NCBI GenBank assembly: GCA_021432655.1
Contig: MU271438.1
Location: forward strand, 46,027-66,026
Source of the DNA: Atractiella rhizophila
Lineage: Eukaryota
DNA length: 20,000 bases
Direction: 5' to 3'
The notes beneath the pieces were generated by a model. The model ran no database searches and was not told the origin of the DNA. It was given only the letters and a program-made list of their open reading frames with translations. The position numbers and the translations under genes were made by a program. Below are positions 8,684 through 19,696 of the stretch, in pieces (within the stretch, counting starts at the first letter, position 1; every line of letters begins with the position of its first letter).

Positions 8684-11600
8684 GGGCAGATTACAGAAAT
8701 CCTGTTACGCCGACTCGAAAGCGCAAAGCGGCTGAAGCATTCAATCCCTCGACTTCGTCAGACGCGGACGAGTATACCTCCCTTCCGCAATATGGAGCGA
8801 TCAAGTTTGGGGAGTTTGGAAAGTACATGGATAACAAGAAAGCGAAGCTACGCGTGCAGCTTTCAGATCTGCAAGCAGAGGTGGATCAAGGGCTGGAAGG
8901 TGAGGTCGAAGATGAGTTTCTGGAGTTGTTGAAGGGAACGAGTCAGAGTGAGATTCTGCGAGGGTGCAAGATCTGGATTGATGGAGCTGTATTTTCTCCT
9001 CCCCAGATTGTCTTGAGGAAGATAATCGCGCTCCACGGAGGCGAATACGTCGCATATCTCGATGCAAAAAGGAGTGTTACGCATATCATCGCTACGACTC
9101 TCACTCCAAGTAAAGTCAAGGAATATGCAACCTTCAAGGTGGTGACCAGTGATTGGATTATTGACTCCGTCAGGGAAGGGAAGAGATTGGACTGAAGGAA
9201 TTTCAGGCTGAAGAATGGAGGGAGAGGAGTGGACAGGGTATTGGGGTCTGCTATCGGACTGGATACAGAAGGTTGGGGACGAGAAACGAGTCAACAAACG
9301 CTTTCATTCGCTTCAACTTCCGCACCACCCAAAGGAATTCCACCTATGAGCAAGCTACGAATCCACCTTTCTCCCGATCCAGACTTCCCTGCTCCAAATT
9401 CCAGCTCTGACCATATCACCCCTATTCCTTTGCAAAAAGGAACGAATGATGAAGCAAGCACGAGCAACTCCTCACCCTCTGACCAGTTCCCACGCCAGTC
9501 CAAGCTCCCTCCGAATCGACCACCACCTCGCTTCGCACTCGATGTGGCAGGAGATAGTGATCCTGGTGTCAGTGCGAGAACACTCGGTGCCATCGAGGAG
9601 GAGACTGAAGAAGAAGCGTCGGATATCCCTCCGGCGGCACAGCCAGTTCGAGCTCTCCAAGAAATCGAGCAGTCCAGCGATACGTCCTTTGTTCTTCCGC
9701 CGCATGTCCTAGACCAGGTTCCTTTAACCTCTTCCCCACTGCCTTCTCCCCCCAAGCCTCCTCCTGCACCTCCTATCTCACCTATCAAATCCATTTCTCC
9801 TCGAAAGCGTGGACAAGTTGGACCTGAGGGGAATAACGACGGATGGGAGCCGCCGCAAAGAGTTGGGAAAGGGAGAGAAGGGGTATTGTTGGAGAGCGAA
9901 GAGTGGCGTAAAACTCACACGTCCGCCAACGCCGGTGGATATGTGGAGCAGTTCTTAAACCAAAGTAGACTCCACTTGATCAGCACTTTAAAACTGGAAC
10001 TCCAAGATTATGTCGCAAAGAAGTTGAAGGAGAAAGAAAGGGACGGTGTGAAGACGAAAGAGAAGGAAAAGGAGAAGAAGAAGTGGAGGGGGACGGAAGG
10101 AGAGGGGAGATGGTTTGCCCATGTGGACTTGGATTGCTTCTTCGTCAGTGCTGTATGTCTCTCTTTCCTCTCTTGATCCACAATCCTTAAACTATGTATA
10201 GGGTTTAACTAAGCGTCCTGAATTGAAAGGAAAGCCCGTCGCAGTTTGTCATGTCAAGGGTCAAGGAAAAGGTGGGAAAGACGATCCGAGCACGAGTGAA
10301 ATTGCAAGCTGTAGCTATGAAGCAAGAAAGTTCGGGGTGCGCAACGGGATGTTGTGCGTCATTCCCTAATTTCTGAGTCTCGATCTCCTAACCACAGTAC
10401 TTGTAGCCTTGGTCGTGCGCGGGAGCTCTGTCCTGATATCCAAACAATCCCTTACGATTTCGAGTTGTACAAGCGAATTTCTTACACATTCTATGATCTC
10501 CTCCTTGAAAGGAGCGTACCGATCCAAGCTCAATCCCTCGATGAAGCATACATAGACATTTCTACACTTATCGACATGGATCCTCGTACACTCTCCCAAA
10601 CTTCCGCCATCGAGGCACGTCTGCAGGACTTTGGCAACTCTCTACGCCAGAACATATTTGAGGCGACTGGGTGCACCGCTTCTCTTGGATTAGGAGAGAA
10701 CATGCTCCTCAGTCGTCTAGCGACAAAGAAAGCAAAACCGGATGGAGTGTATTGGCTGCGCGTCGGTGCTGGAAGGGAGGTCTCAGCGTTGGGAGAGAAA
10801 GAAATTGAGGGAAAGGAGTGGCTGGATGGTCTGGACGTCAGAGACCTCCCTGGAGTTGGGCGGGAAAGTGAGAAGAAGTTGGAGGCCATCGGGGTGGAGA
10901 AAGTTCGCGATTTGAAGGCTGTGGACAGGCAGAAGCTGGTCGGAAACCTAGGTCAGGCTTTGGCCAGTAAACTGTTGGATTACGCGAAAGGAGTCGATAA
11001 CAAGGAACTGGAAGATCCTGGGAAGATGAGAAAGAGCGTCAGCACCGAAATCAACTATGGTATTCGATTCAAGACGGAACAGGAAACAAAGGTGTGCTAA
11101 TTCGCTCTCGTGCATTTCAAACTCCCTTAAATTAAGCTCGTAGACCTTTGTTGAGAATGTTGCTGCCGACACTGCAAAACGCCTTCAAGACGCGTCACTC
11201 AAAGGACGACATCTCACCATCAAAGTAATGGTGCGCGCCCCAGATGCTCCTATAGAGCCAACGAAGTTCATGGGACATGGTGTCTGCGATGCGTTCTCAA
11301 AGTCAATGCCCATATCGGATGGCAAAGGAGGGCCAACAGACGAAGCCACCGTCCTCGGAGAAGGTGCATGGAAGATGTTGAAGGCGTCGTCAGTACCATG
11401 GGAAGATCTCAGAGGTTTTAGCATCATGGTCACAAAATTGGAAGGCACAACTGAAGGAAATTCAAGTCAGAAAAAGCTAGATTTTGGCAGCATGGTCACC
11501 AAGCCCGGTGCAGAGAAGAAGGGAAAGGAGAAGGAGAAAGGATTGCGACGGGTTTCAGAGCTGATACCAGCGGACGAAGATTGGAGAAACCTAGACACTG

Positions 11601-12643
11601 CGGCATCATCATCAAAGGCGACCCTTGTTGGCCCACCACCTGGATGCCAACCCACTCAGCTTGATTTTCCGGATAGGGAGATGATTGAAGATGACGATTT
11701 TCTCGCCCTACCTTCGGAGTATCAGCGAGCCATAATGTCTAAAGGTGTCACACTTCCACGTTCCAAGAGTCCTTCTTTCATCGACCTACCTGGTTATGGA
11801 AAAATTGCTCAAGACGATTTTGATGCTTTGCCCAAGGACATCCAGAGGGAGTTGAAAAGAACCTACAGAGAGAGGACTCCTGCAGCTATTCCATCGAAAC
11901 GAGGACGGTCCGCTACTAATTCGGATGCGGAAGATGATGGGAAAGTGGCCAAGAAGAAGCAGAAGGTCGTGAAGCTTGAGCCAGGTCAACTCAAGCTCAT
12001 CGATCAGAGGGTGAAGAAAAACGACAAGCACAAGTATACAAAAGGGATTACGAGGGAAGTTGTCCTGGGAGGGACTACGTCAAAGGTCTCCCCTGCGCCG
12101 TCCCCCTCGGCCATTACCGACGAAGAGTTACGCGTGCTTGGTCTCGACGCAGATTACTTTCGATGCATACCGCGAGCCGACCAGATCGATACACTCCGCT
12201 ATCAAAAAGCAAGTCTCAGACGGGAATGGAAGGTTTTCAAGGAACAGAAGGAGCAACGTAACAAGGCTGCGGCGAAGGAGAGACGCAAGTTTTTGGATTT
12301 TGAGAAACCTGACGGTCCGAAACTGCAAGGGAAGGAAACGATTGAAGAGCTTCGAGACTTGCTGGAGAGCTGGTTTGATAATGCTAGAGAGAAACCTGCT
12401 AGAGATGATGTCAGGGATGTGAGAGAGTTTCTTCTAGCATCCTTAAACCCACAGACAGGAAGAGGAAGAGATTGGGAGAAAGTCGCGCAAGTGTTGAAGT
12501 GGTGGAAGCTCCTTTTAGGCGATGCGAGCAAGGATGAAACAAATGAGGAAAATATCCGCGCTTGGGAGAAGGCGTATGATAGGACCAAGAGGCACGTTGA
12601 ATTGGTTAGCAAGGAGGTGTTTGATTGTGTATTGAAGATTTGA
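8671..12643 (+). CDS. REV1: Y-family translesion DNA polymerase / deoxycytidyl transferase REV1 (~1272 aa); exons 8671-10152, 10202-10353, 10407-11091, 11144-12643; in-frame TGA at codon 175 (9193-9195)
   Basis: FGEFGKYMDNKKAKL pre-BRCT helix; BRCT (LRKIIALHGGEYVAYLD..VTHIIA..LTPSK..KVVTSDWIIDSV); N-digit SRLH; palm HVDLDCFFVSA, EIASCSYEARKFGVRNGM and SLDEAYID; ASLGLGENMLLSRLATKKAKPDG; RKSVSTEINYGIRF; KFMGHGVCD; UBM-like repeats (FLALPSEYQRAI, FDALPKDIQREL); C-terminal Rev1 domain (ELRDLLESWF). GCCACC-ATG start. Confidence 0.95.
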
Positions 12644-12816
12644 GAATTGTCTGAGTCTTGAGCCTCCTTTTCTGCCTGAGTGTCGTGTTTGTTTTGTTGT
12701 TTACTTTTGATATCCATGTTCTTGTTCTTGTGCCTTTTACATGCATGTGCTCTTGCTCGCGCAGTCGTTAGGTGTGCAAACTGCTTAAATTATTATAGGA
12801 CGGATAACATATACTT

Positions 12817-14224
12817 TTAAGTGGAGACAGGTTTCGGCTTTGGAAGCGCCATAATCTCTGGCGGCAGCCCCAATGCCTTATCCATCTGCAGGGTTCCAGC
12901 GGGAAAGGGAAGTGTTATGACTCCTTCAATAACCTCCTTCTCACCAGTGGCAGGGTTGACGTCTGTGCCCTCCTTAACTCGCTTCCGCGCAATCGATCTC
13001 GTCCGCTTCTTCGCGTCTGTCAGCCTCACATAGTTGTTTGGAGCGCCAGGCACGGATCCTTTGACGTAGATAATTTGTTTGGCGATGTCCAGTCGCACAA
13101 CATAAAGATTTGACATCGTGGCGTTCTTGCCTCCCATTCGTCCAGGCATCTTCTTCCCTGGAAAGACGCGTCCGGGATCCTACACTCTCACACATTTAGG
13201 TGCAAATTGGATGACACGAGAAGAGGAGTCGCACCTGATGTTGTCCAGTTGCTCCTAAACTTCGATGCGCAAGAGAGGTACCATGTGATGCTGACTGTCC
13301 ATGGAAGCCCCATCGTTTCATACCACCTTGAAAACCTTTGCCAATTCTTTTATTTGTGGTTAGCGCAACACTTGTCATAAATTTACAAAGGGAACGCACG
13401 TTATGGCTTGACAGTCAACGTACTGCCCTGGGACGAAATGTGAAGCTGAGAGTTCCGTGCCTATGCACATCATTCCGTCAATTGGACCACACCTGAGGCC
13501 TTTACAGCAAACGCACCAATCTCAAGGAGAGCGTCTTTGGTAACTTGAAACTGAGCGACCTTCATCCTAGGTTCTAAGCCCTCCTTATCATACTGTCCCC
13601 TCACTCCTGGCTTCACATTCTTTCGTTTGCGAATGGGTCCAGCAGCTATCTGTACAGCATGGTATTCTTTCCGCCGTGCGAGATGTGGTGACCGCCGCAC
13701 GAGCGTGGCGGATGGAGAGGGACCAGATTTGGAGATGGTGGAGAGGACGACATTGGGTTCCACCTGGCACGCATAGAAATTTGTGAGCGCGATCCTTCAA
13801 CCTGGTCAAGAGGGCCAGTAATTTCTCAATACTCAAACAAATCCCTGGCATAATAAATAGATACTGAGGTAATATTCAAACTGGCTTCCCTGTGACTTAG
13901 GAATTCAACATACAGATGCTACTATCCCGAAAGTGAATGGTAGGATACAAGAAAACGTAGAAAAACGTCCGAACAATCTCACCTCCCTCTCTGGCACCCA
14001 ATAAGCTAAGAAAAACTCACATGCAACACCGTTACGGGTATCTTATTCCCAGCAGCATCCCAGACGGCGGTCATTCCCAACTTCTTTACCAAAAGTCCAG
14101 TCCGCTGAGAATTTGGGTTCCATCGAGCAAAATCAACCGCCTTTGGCGCCTCTGATGCTGCCGTAGCATAGGAACGAGCAAACCGGAGGAAATTAGAGAG
14201 GGGACGTGGCTTCAAGGCGTTCAT
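12817..14224 (-). CDS. MRPL3: Mitochondrial large-subunit ribosomal protein uL3m (~328 aa); exons 14224-14021, 13763-13517, 13460-13400, 13346-13235, 13179-12817
   Basis: Bacterial-type L3 motifs [76 protein letters not shown] and [26 protein letters not shown]-terminal presequence [20 protein letters not shown]. The yeast orthologue is named MRPL9. Confidence 0.96.
13801..13901 (-). other. ~100-nt imperfect RNA hairpin inside uL3m intron 1
   Basis: On the minus strand, CCT-aa-GTCA-c-AGGG-aa-GCCAGT...CTCAGTAT pairs with GTATTGAG...ACTGGC-CCT-c-TTGAC-c-AGG. G-U pairs in the inner stem favour folding on the transcribed strand. Confidence 0.55.
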
Positions 14225-14507
14225 GGTTTCTTTTTGTGGTTTCTCCTACACTCCGCTCGGATCTGTGGTCAACATGTTATGCTGCGCAACGGGACTAATT
14301 AGTCTCAATTCTTCTCTTGACACCCACATAATTCGCAGGGATTAACAGTTATCGCTTGATGCAGAGTTGCCATGCAGCTAGGAGACTTTTGCTTTTGGGG
14401 CAAAACCGTGCGTACCGATGGCCATTCCGAAACTCTGTAATCTTTCGATTAGCTCCTCATGATGCTTCCTCCCAACAGGAAGAGACCAAGAGTCTGTGTA
14501 ATTTGTG

Positions 14508-14524
14508 TCGGTAATTATTACCGA
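14508..14524. promoter_or_regulatory. Perfect 8-bp inverted repeat TCGGTAAT-T-ATTACCGA (CGG-N9-CCG), candidate Zn2Cys6 transcription-factor site
   Basis: Palindrome seen directly ~285 bp upstream of the uL3m ATG. Inverted CGG triplets are the known binding format of fungal Zn2Cys6 factors. Confidence 0.3.
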
Positions 14525-14869
14525 GCCTCGTCTCAACTTCTGGGGGCGCCCTTTTTTTGGTGACTGCGATTTTTGATTTCACACTTTTGTTGTCAACCTC
14601 GCTCTTCGGATACTTTTCGTTACAGTTTCCCCACCGGCATTGTCAATGAAGAGCAGGAAGGACACAAGCGGGGGACTCATCAAGATTCATCTTAGAGATC
14701 CCGGTTCATCACGGCCGGTTATTCCAAAGTTATGCGCCGTCCCCCATTGCTTCACGTCTTTTCTTCGTCTTCAGTTTTTCTCATGCCTGGCTTTGAGCAA
14801 TTAAGGGCTGACATTTTCATCCTCTGGCTACTTCCGCTTTGCCTGCTCTGCTTCAGTTGGAGCGGGAAT

Positions 14870-15400
14870 TTACGCACATATGTATTCCGTTGTTTCGTTT
14901 GTGGCAAGGAGTTCCCTGCTCACGGGATTCCCGCGAACGCACAAGATAAGGGAAACGTTGCCTAATGTTTCACTCTTCCAGAGCTCACAGAACAATATCC
15001 GAGCCCTGCATGAGGTCCTCCACTTTGCAGGATTCTTTATTTCGGTGTTCAGGACATTCTTTGACAAGTTTAATGCCCTCAAATGAGACTCTGTACAATC
15101 GGGAACGCGGTTACTACCTCGCGACATCCTCGTGATGGCGGGAGTGTACTTCTCCAGCTTTCTGGACGCAAAGTTCGCTGAGATTTGCTGCCTTTCATCG
15201 GGAGCTCCACAGAGCAGAATTGCTCCAACAGTTTCCGGCTTTTCTGGCCATTTCTCCAAAGCCTGTCCACCTGTCATCCCACGAACCCTTTCATGCTCTT
15301 GCCACCAATTCACTCCACGGAAGAACTTGGCAGATCCTTCAAATTCGCCATCGATGACAGACAAGATTGAGAGCGTTGGCACTCATTCCGCAGCCTTCAT
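14870..15400 (-). other. Weak orphan ORF (~170 codons), possibly a degenerate gene
   Basis: Open frame 15382-14870 in the 1.6-kb gap between uL3m and the 7-TM gene. The nearest upstream in-frame ATG (15400, CAAAA-ATG context) is separated from it by a TGA at 15385-15383. No family recognised. Confidence 0.2.
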
Positions 15401-15849
15401 TTTTGGCCATGCCTTGTGTTTGCGCAAATAAATGAATTTGAGAGCAAAGCCTTATTTCCGGGACGGCCATAACCAATTTTTCAAAGGCAACGCGTCGTCA
15501 TAAAAGGACAGAGGGGAGCAAAGCGCGATTCGACTCACGCCTCACCTGCTCCGCCACAGCTTTATCTTTTCTCAATTCGCTTTATCGCAGTTGGAGAAGT
15601 TTGTAAAGCCACAGGACTGGTCGCTAAGATCGGCAGGAGTCGCGATTGGTCCCCTCGTGCACACGTGAGATCATCAACCTTGCACTTAACATCGAGGCTC
15701 AGCAAGGCGACGATTCCGAGCGACTTCATAAAGCAGGATCCGCGCTTCCGTCAGCTTGCCTCCAAATACCACGGAACACGACATTCAACTTTTGTTCCCT
15801 CTCCTCATTTTTCTTTCTTTCGCGCCCTTTGGTCGTTTCGCTTCGCAAG

Positions 15850-17973
15850 ATGGCAGACATCGCGAACTTGGATCCTTCGACCCAACAGTACCTTCTCGAC
15901 CTCTACAAGATACTGAAACCGGGTCAAAATCCTTTTGTCGTCACAGCTACCAGTAGGCACCTTCTTCTCATCAATAATTAGTCGCTCATGGTTACTTCCA
16001 GTTTTGAAAGCTGAGCTGAATCCTGAACTCCCAGAGAGTTTCGTTATTCAGTTGTACATTTTATCGGGTGGGTGTGATGATGATGAGGGATGGTGGGAAC
16101 GAGGCTGATGGCACGAGTTCAGGGGTATTTGCCTTCGCTTTGTTGTGTGCGGTCATTACGATGATTTTACGATTTCGACGCGACGGTGCGTGTATTTCGT
16201 CTTGCCAAGTGTTCTCGAAGCCTCAATATTTCTGCAGCTTCAATGTCGCTCTTCCGACTTATTCCAACATCAAAAGGCAACTTTTGGTGTCCCCAAACAT
16301 CGAACTCATTCTCCCTCTTAACTGGGTTCTTTCTCATAGGTACGTCGCGTTTTAGCTTTGGTCAGGGAAGTACTAATGTCTGTGCATAGTCGCCCAGGGG
16401 TACGTTAGATGGTCTTAGGGCCTCAGACCGATTTGCTCATGTTACTTCTAGGAACATTTGGGTCACAGTTAGGGTGAACCGGGATCATGCATCTCAAATC
16501 AACTTTGGTTTGTTGCATCATATTTTATACAGGCATGTAACTGATTGTTGGATGAAGTTCTTTGGAAGTCGATAGTCTGGATCCCACTATTCCTCACTCT
16601 GGTTCTCGAAACCTGGGGAACCCTCATAACGACACTAATGTCTTCTCGGAGGTATAAGCGAGATGGCAGTTCTTTCGTTCCACCAATCGCGCCAATCTAC
16701 ATCAATATCTTTTGGCTCTTTCCCACCTTCCTCTGGCCTGCATCGATAGTAACGGTCTTCGTTCTGGCAAATGAGAAGTTCAACACTGCCTTTCGACAAT
16801 ACGAAAACTTATTGAAGGTCCTCGCTGTCGCTGCTCCTAAGTATGACGGCAACCTGGCCAACGTTTCGCAGTTCGAAGATATCTTTCCTCTCATTGGCCC
16901 TTTCCTCCGAAATATCGAGGACTTCTTGAAACTATTTCGAATCGGGTATATTCTCTGGGCAGCTGCTGCGATATCGATGCTTATCGTACGTCTCCATCCT
17001 TCTTCCATAACCTCGCTCTGAGGCGAGATCTTAGATCTACCTTCCCATCGCGGTTCTTTACGTCCGGACGTTGAGAGCCCAAATTAAGATTCTCAAATCG
17101 AGAACAAAAGTGGGAAAATCGAGTTTCTTCAGCTATGGAGGTGCGACCCATGCTCTCGAGGCTTCGGCAGTTTTCTCAAAATGATTTGATAGATCCTCAA
17201 GCACTGAATGGGCCGGGGAAACCGAAATTGACGAAAGAAGATCAGCGACTCCACGACTCATTAACGACAGCTTACAACAACTTGATTGTCTCATGCATAG
17301 CCATCCTTCTGTGTTCGCTTTCATATGCAGGCATCGCTCGTGCGTCGAATTTTTGTGTCTGCGCCCGAATAAGAACTTACTGACAGTCGTGACCTTGACA
17401 TAGTTTGGATTGCGGTAGACACGAGATCAGTCGTGCGAGACTCAATACCGCTGCAGATCGAACAACTCGGCTCGCTATACGTATATGGTGGTCTTGGGTT
17501 AGCAGCAAATGTGAGTCTTTACGAGATATACCTTTGCGAATCTGCTAAACTCACGGCTGTGTAGATTCTAACAATGATTCGGGCTTTCGACCAAACCACG
17601 AACCACAAGATCTCCTCTCGTTCCGGACCTTCAGCGGAGGAGGCAACACGTCCACGGTCTGGAACGGTGCACATGTCCGCTATCCATTCGCAGATCCATG
17701 ATCATTATCCTACACGGTCGGATGCTCGTGCTGATTTCGACTACCCTGGTGGCGGCGTTTATATGCCAGGCCCCAGTGTTGTGCCTATCAAGACATCGGA
17801 TGGGTGAGTTGGTTCATTCATGCACTTGAGGAATGGACTTTGACCTGTTTACAAGGCAAATGTGGGACGTCGTGGACTATTACAGCACCGAGGACGAGCT
17901 AAAGTCTGAGCGGTCGAATAGTTTGCGAACCAGCAACAAGCATCAGCATCATGATTATTATCAGTCAAATTAA
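15850..17973 (+). CDS. Orphan seven-transmembrane (GPCR-like topology) protein, ~514 aa; exons 15850-15952, 16002-16067, 16123-16185, 16238-16339, 16390-16399, 16452-16507, 16558-16985, 17035-17140, 17193-17339, 17404-17510, 17565-17803, 17856-17973
   Basis: Eleven ~48-64 nt GT-AG introns restore one open frame with consistent phases. Seven hydrophobic segments (FVIQLYILSGVFAFALLCAVITMIL; FSLLTGFFLIVAQGNIWV; IVWIPLFLTLVLETWGTLI; IYINIFWLFPTFLWPASIVTVFVLA; IGYILWAAAAISMLIIYLPIAVLYV; LIVSCIAILLCSLSYAGIALWIAV; LGSLYVYGGLGLAANILTMI) and a polar C-terminal tail. Confidence 0.8.
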
Positions 17974-18439
17974 TGCAAGCCGATACCCGTCTCAAATTCA
18001 CTCAGCGATGCGATGCGATTCTTGGGCCGATTCGGATATGTTAATACCCCTCCTCTGTGAACAGTTCAAGTTGCATGTTGTTGGAAGTAGATCCAAACTA
18101 AAACCAGGATCAGATAGGATGTATACCGGTCTCCTTCTCAGTCTCATTTCGTTTTTATTTCGGGAGTCACTCACATTGATCAGTTACTTTATTGTCGTTC
18201 TTTTCCACTGGCACTTTTGGCTTCGATTTCTTGGATCGATTGCGATTGTTTATCCGTTTCTATACCGTCTCATCGAGAATGGAATGCATAGATGTTACGC
18301 AACTGAGGAACACTATCTAGAATGGTCGTGCGGTGAGAAAAGGTAAGTACTCCCAGATTGCTTGATGTGTCACAGTGGCAGGAGATGAAATAGTGTTACA
18401 ACACTGCACAACGGAAAATAATAACAAGATTTACAACCC

Positions 18440-19043
18440 TCAATCATCGCCTATATTATGCTTCTTTTTAAGAGCCTTTAAGTCCTCTTCCCGCTTCGCA
18501 AGCTCAGCAGCATTCGCCACTTTGAGCGCCTGTTTGGCAGGTTGGTGATAAAGCACTATCGACGGACCATCAATTAGCAAGCAATGCACTGTAAGGGAAG
18601 TACCACAGGTAACGCACCCACGAGATAGCGCTCTTGCAGATGGAAACCATTTAAGTGATCGAACGCGTTCTTTGCCTTCAGGTAGATAACATCAACACAG
18701 AACTCTCCCAACATGACCAGGAAGAAAGAGCGTACATCCATCACATCTTCGTAAACCACAAAAGCAGTGCCTCTCGTCTTCGCCTCGTTGCCCAACCGTA
18801 TCTGCCTGATAGCTCCATACTTCCCAAAGAGGTCATACAAGTCCTAGCCCCAAAGTGAATTGGCGCGGCGCTCCTTTTCGACAGAGCAAACAAACCTCTC
18901 CACGGATCTTATAATTCAGGTTTTTGACGAATAATATGCGGTTTACATCCGGTGGAAGTTTCACCTGCTCTCAGTGTCAGTTGTGCGGTTGTGCGAAAAG
19001 GTGAAGGAACAGTGCGAACTTGAGGTTTTGCAGCCATCGCCAT
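18440..19043 (-). CDS. SF3B6: Pre-mRNA branch-site protein p14 (SF3b14a/SF3B6), U2 snRNP RRM protein, ~124 aa; exons 19043-19020, 18964-18896, 18843-18736, 18675-18618, 18555-18440
   Basis: Spliced product [84 protein letters not shown] matches the highly conserved p14 sequence. Confidence 0.97.
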
Positions 19044-19696
19044 TTTGATATTATAGAAACTTAGCCGACTGGTAACGCTGGAGAAAAGATACAGAGATGA
19101 ACTAAAAAGAAGAGCCTCTCCTTGGTTGGTGTTGTGCTCCGTTCAGCAGCTGGTGGCAAATAAGGTGCTCTTTTTTTGGCAAGAAGGTTGCTGCTCAAGT
19201 CGTAATCCCTAAATAATGGAATGGAGGCTTCCACATCGTATCTAATTCTTGGCCTGACCAACGTAGAAGGAAGTTACGTCTAAGCAGCAACTGTGTCAGG
19301 CATCACTAGTGCATCACTCATGATCCTCACAATTTTTAAGCTCCAACAAAGCCCGATAATGTTGCTCGGCTCAGTACACCAACACAGTATGTCTTAACGC
19401 CATAAGATTCAGAGAATAACAAGGAGCCAACTTGACTTCTACCTGAGTTATAAACATGCGGCCAACATTACATTAAGCTATAGCGACTTGGAAAGGAAAC
19501 GACAGGAGATAATGTCGTCAAGGTGCATGTGAACTCTCGAGCTGAAGGCAGTAGTTATTTTGATGCGACGCTGGAGTTTACGCAGGATCGATTGAGTGGT
19601 GAGATGTTCTCCGTCGTTATCAGCCGAATATTTTGTGAGATGGCAATGAGGGTGAAAACAAACTCACAGTCTGCACGAGCAGACCTGATTGTATCG

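Noticed and set aside
1..12643. Nup133-RNH1-REV1 as a genome-maintenance gene cluster
   Set aside because: Functional links are loose, unrelated genes are interspersed, and such adjacency is expected by chance in compact fungal genomes.
13764..14020. Box C/D or H/ACA snoRNA in the uL3m intron
   Set aside because: No RTGATGA or CTGA boxes on the transcribed strand. The ACA near the 3' end is part of the branch-point region and too far from the internal loop.
17951..18346. 131-aa ORF downstream of the 7-TM gene
   Set aside because: Overlaps the 7-TM stop and lies in the T-rich convergent 3' UTR region. Its hydrophobicity reflects base composition.
19300..19318. Short tandem repeats (GCATCACT x2; also GCGAT x3 near 18005 and GAT repeats near 16076)
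   Set aside because: Too short to be distinguished from ordinary microsatellite noise. No CRISPR-like or satellite array.
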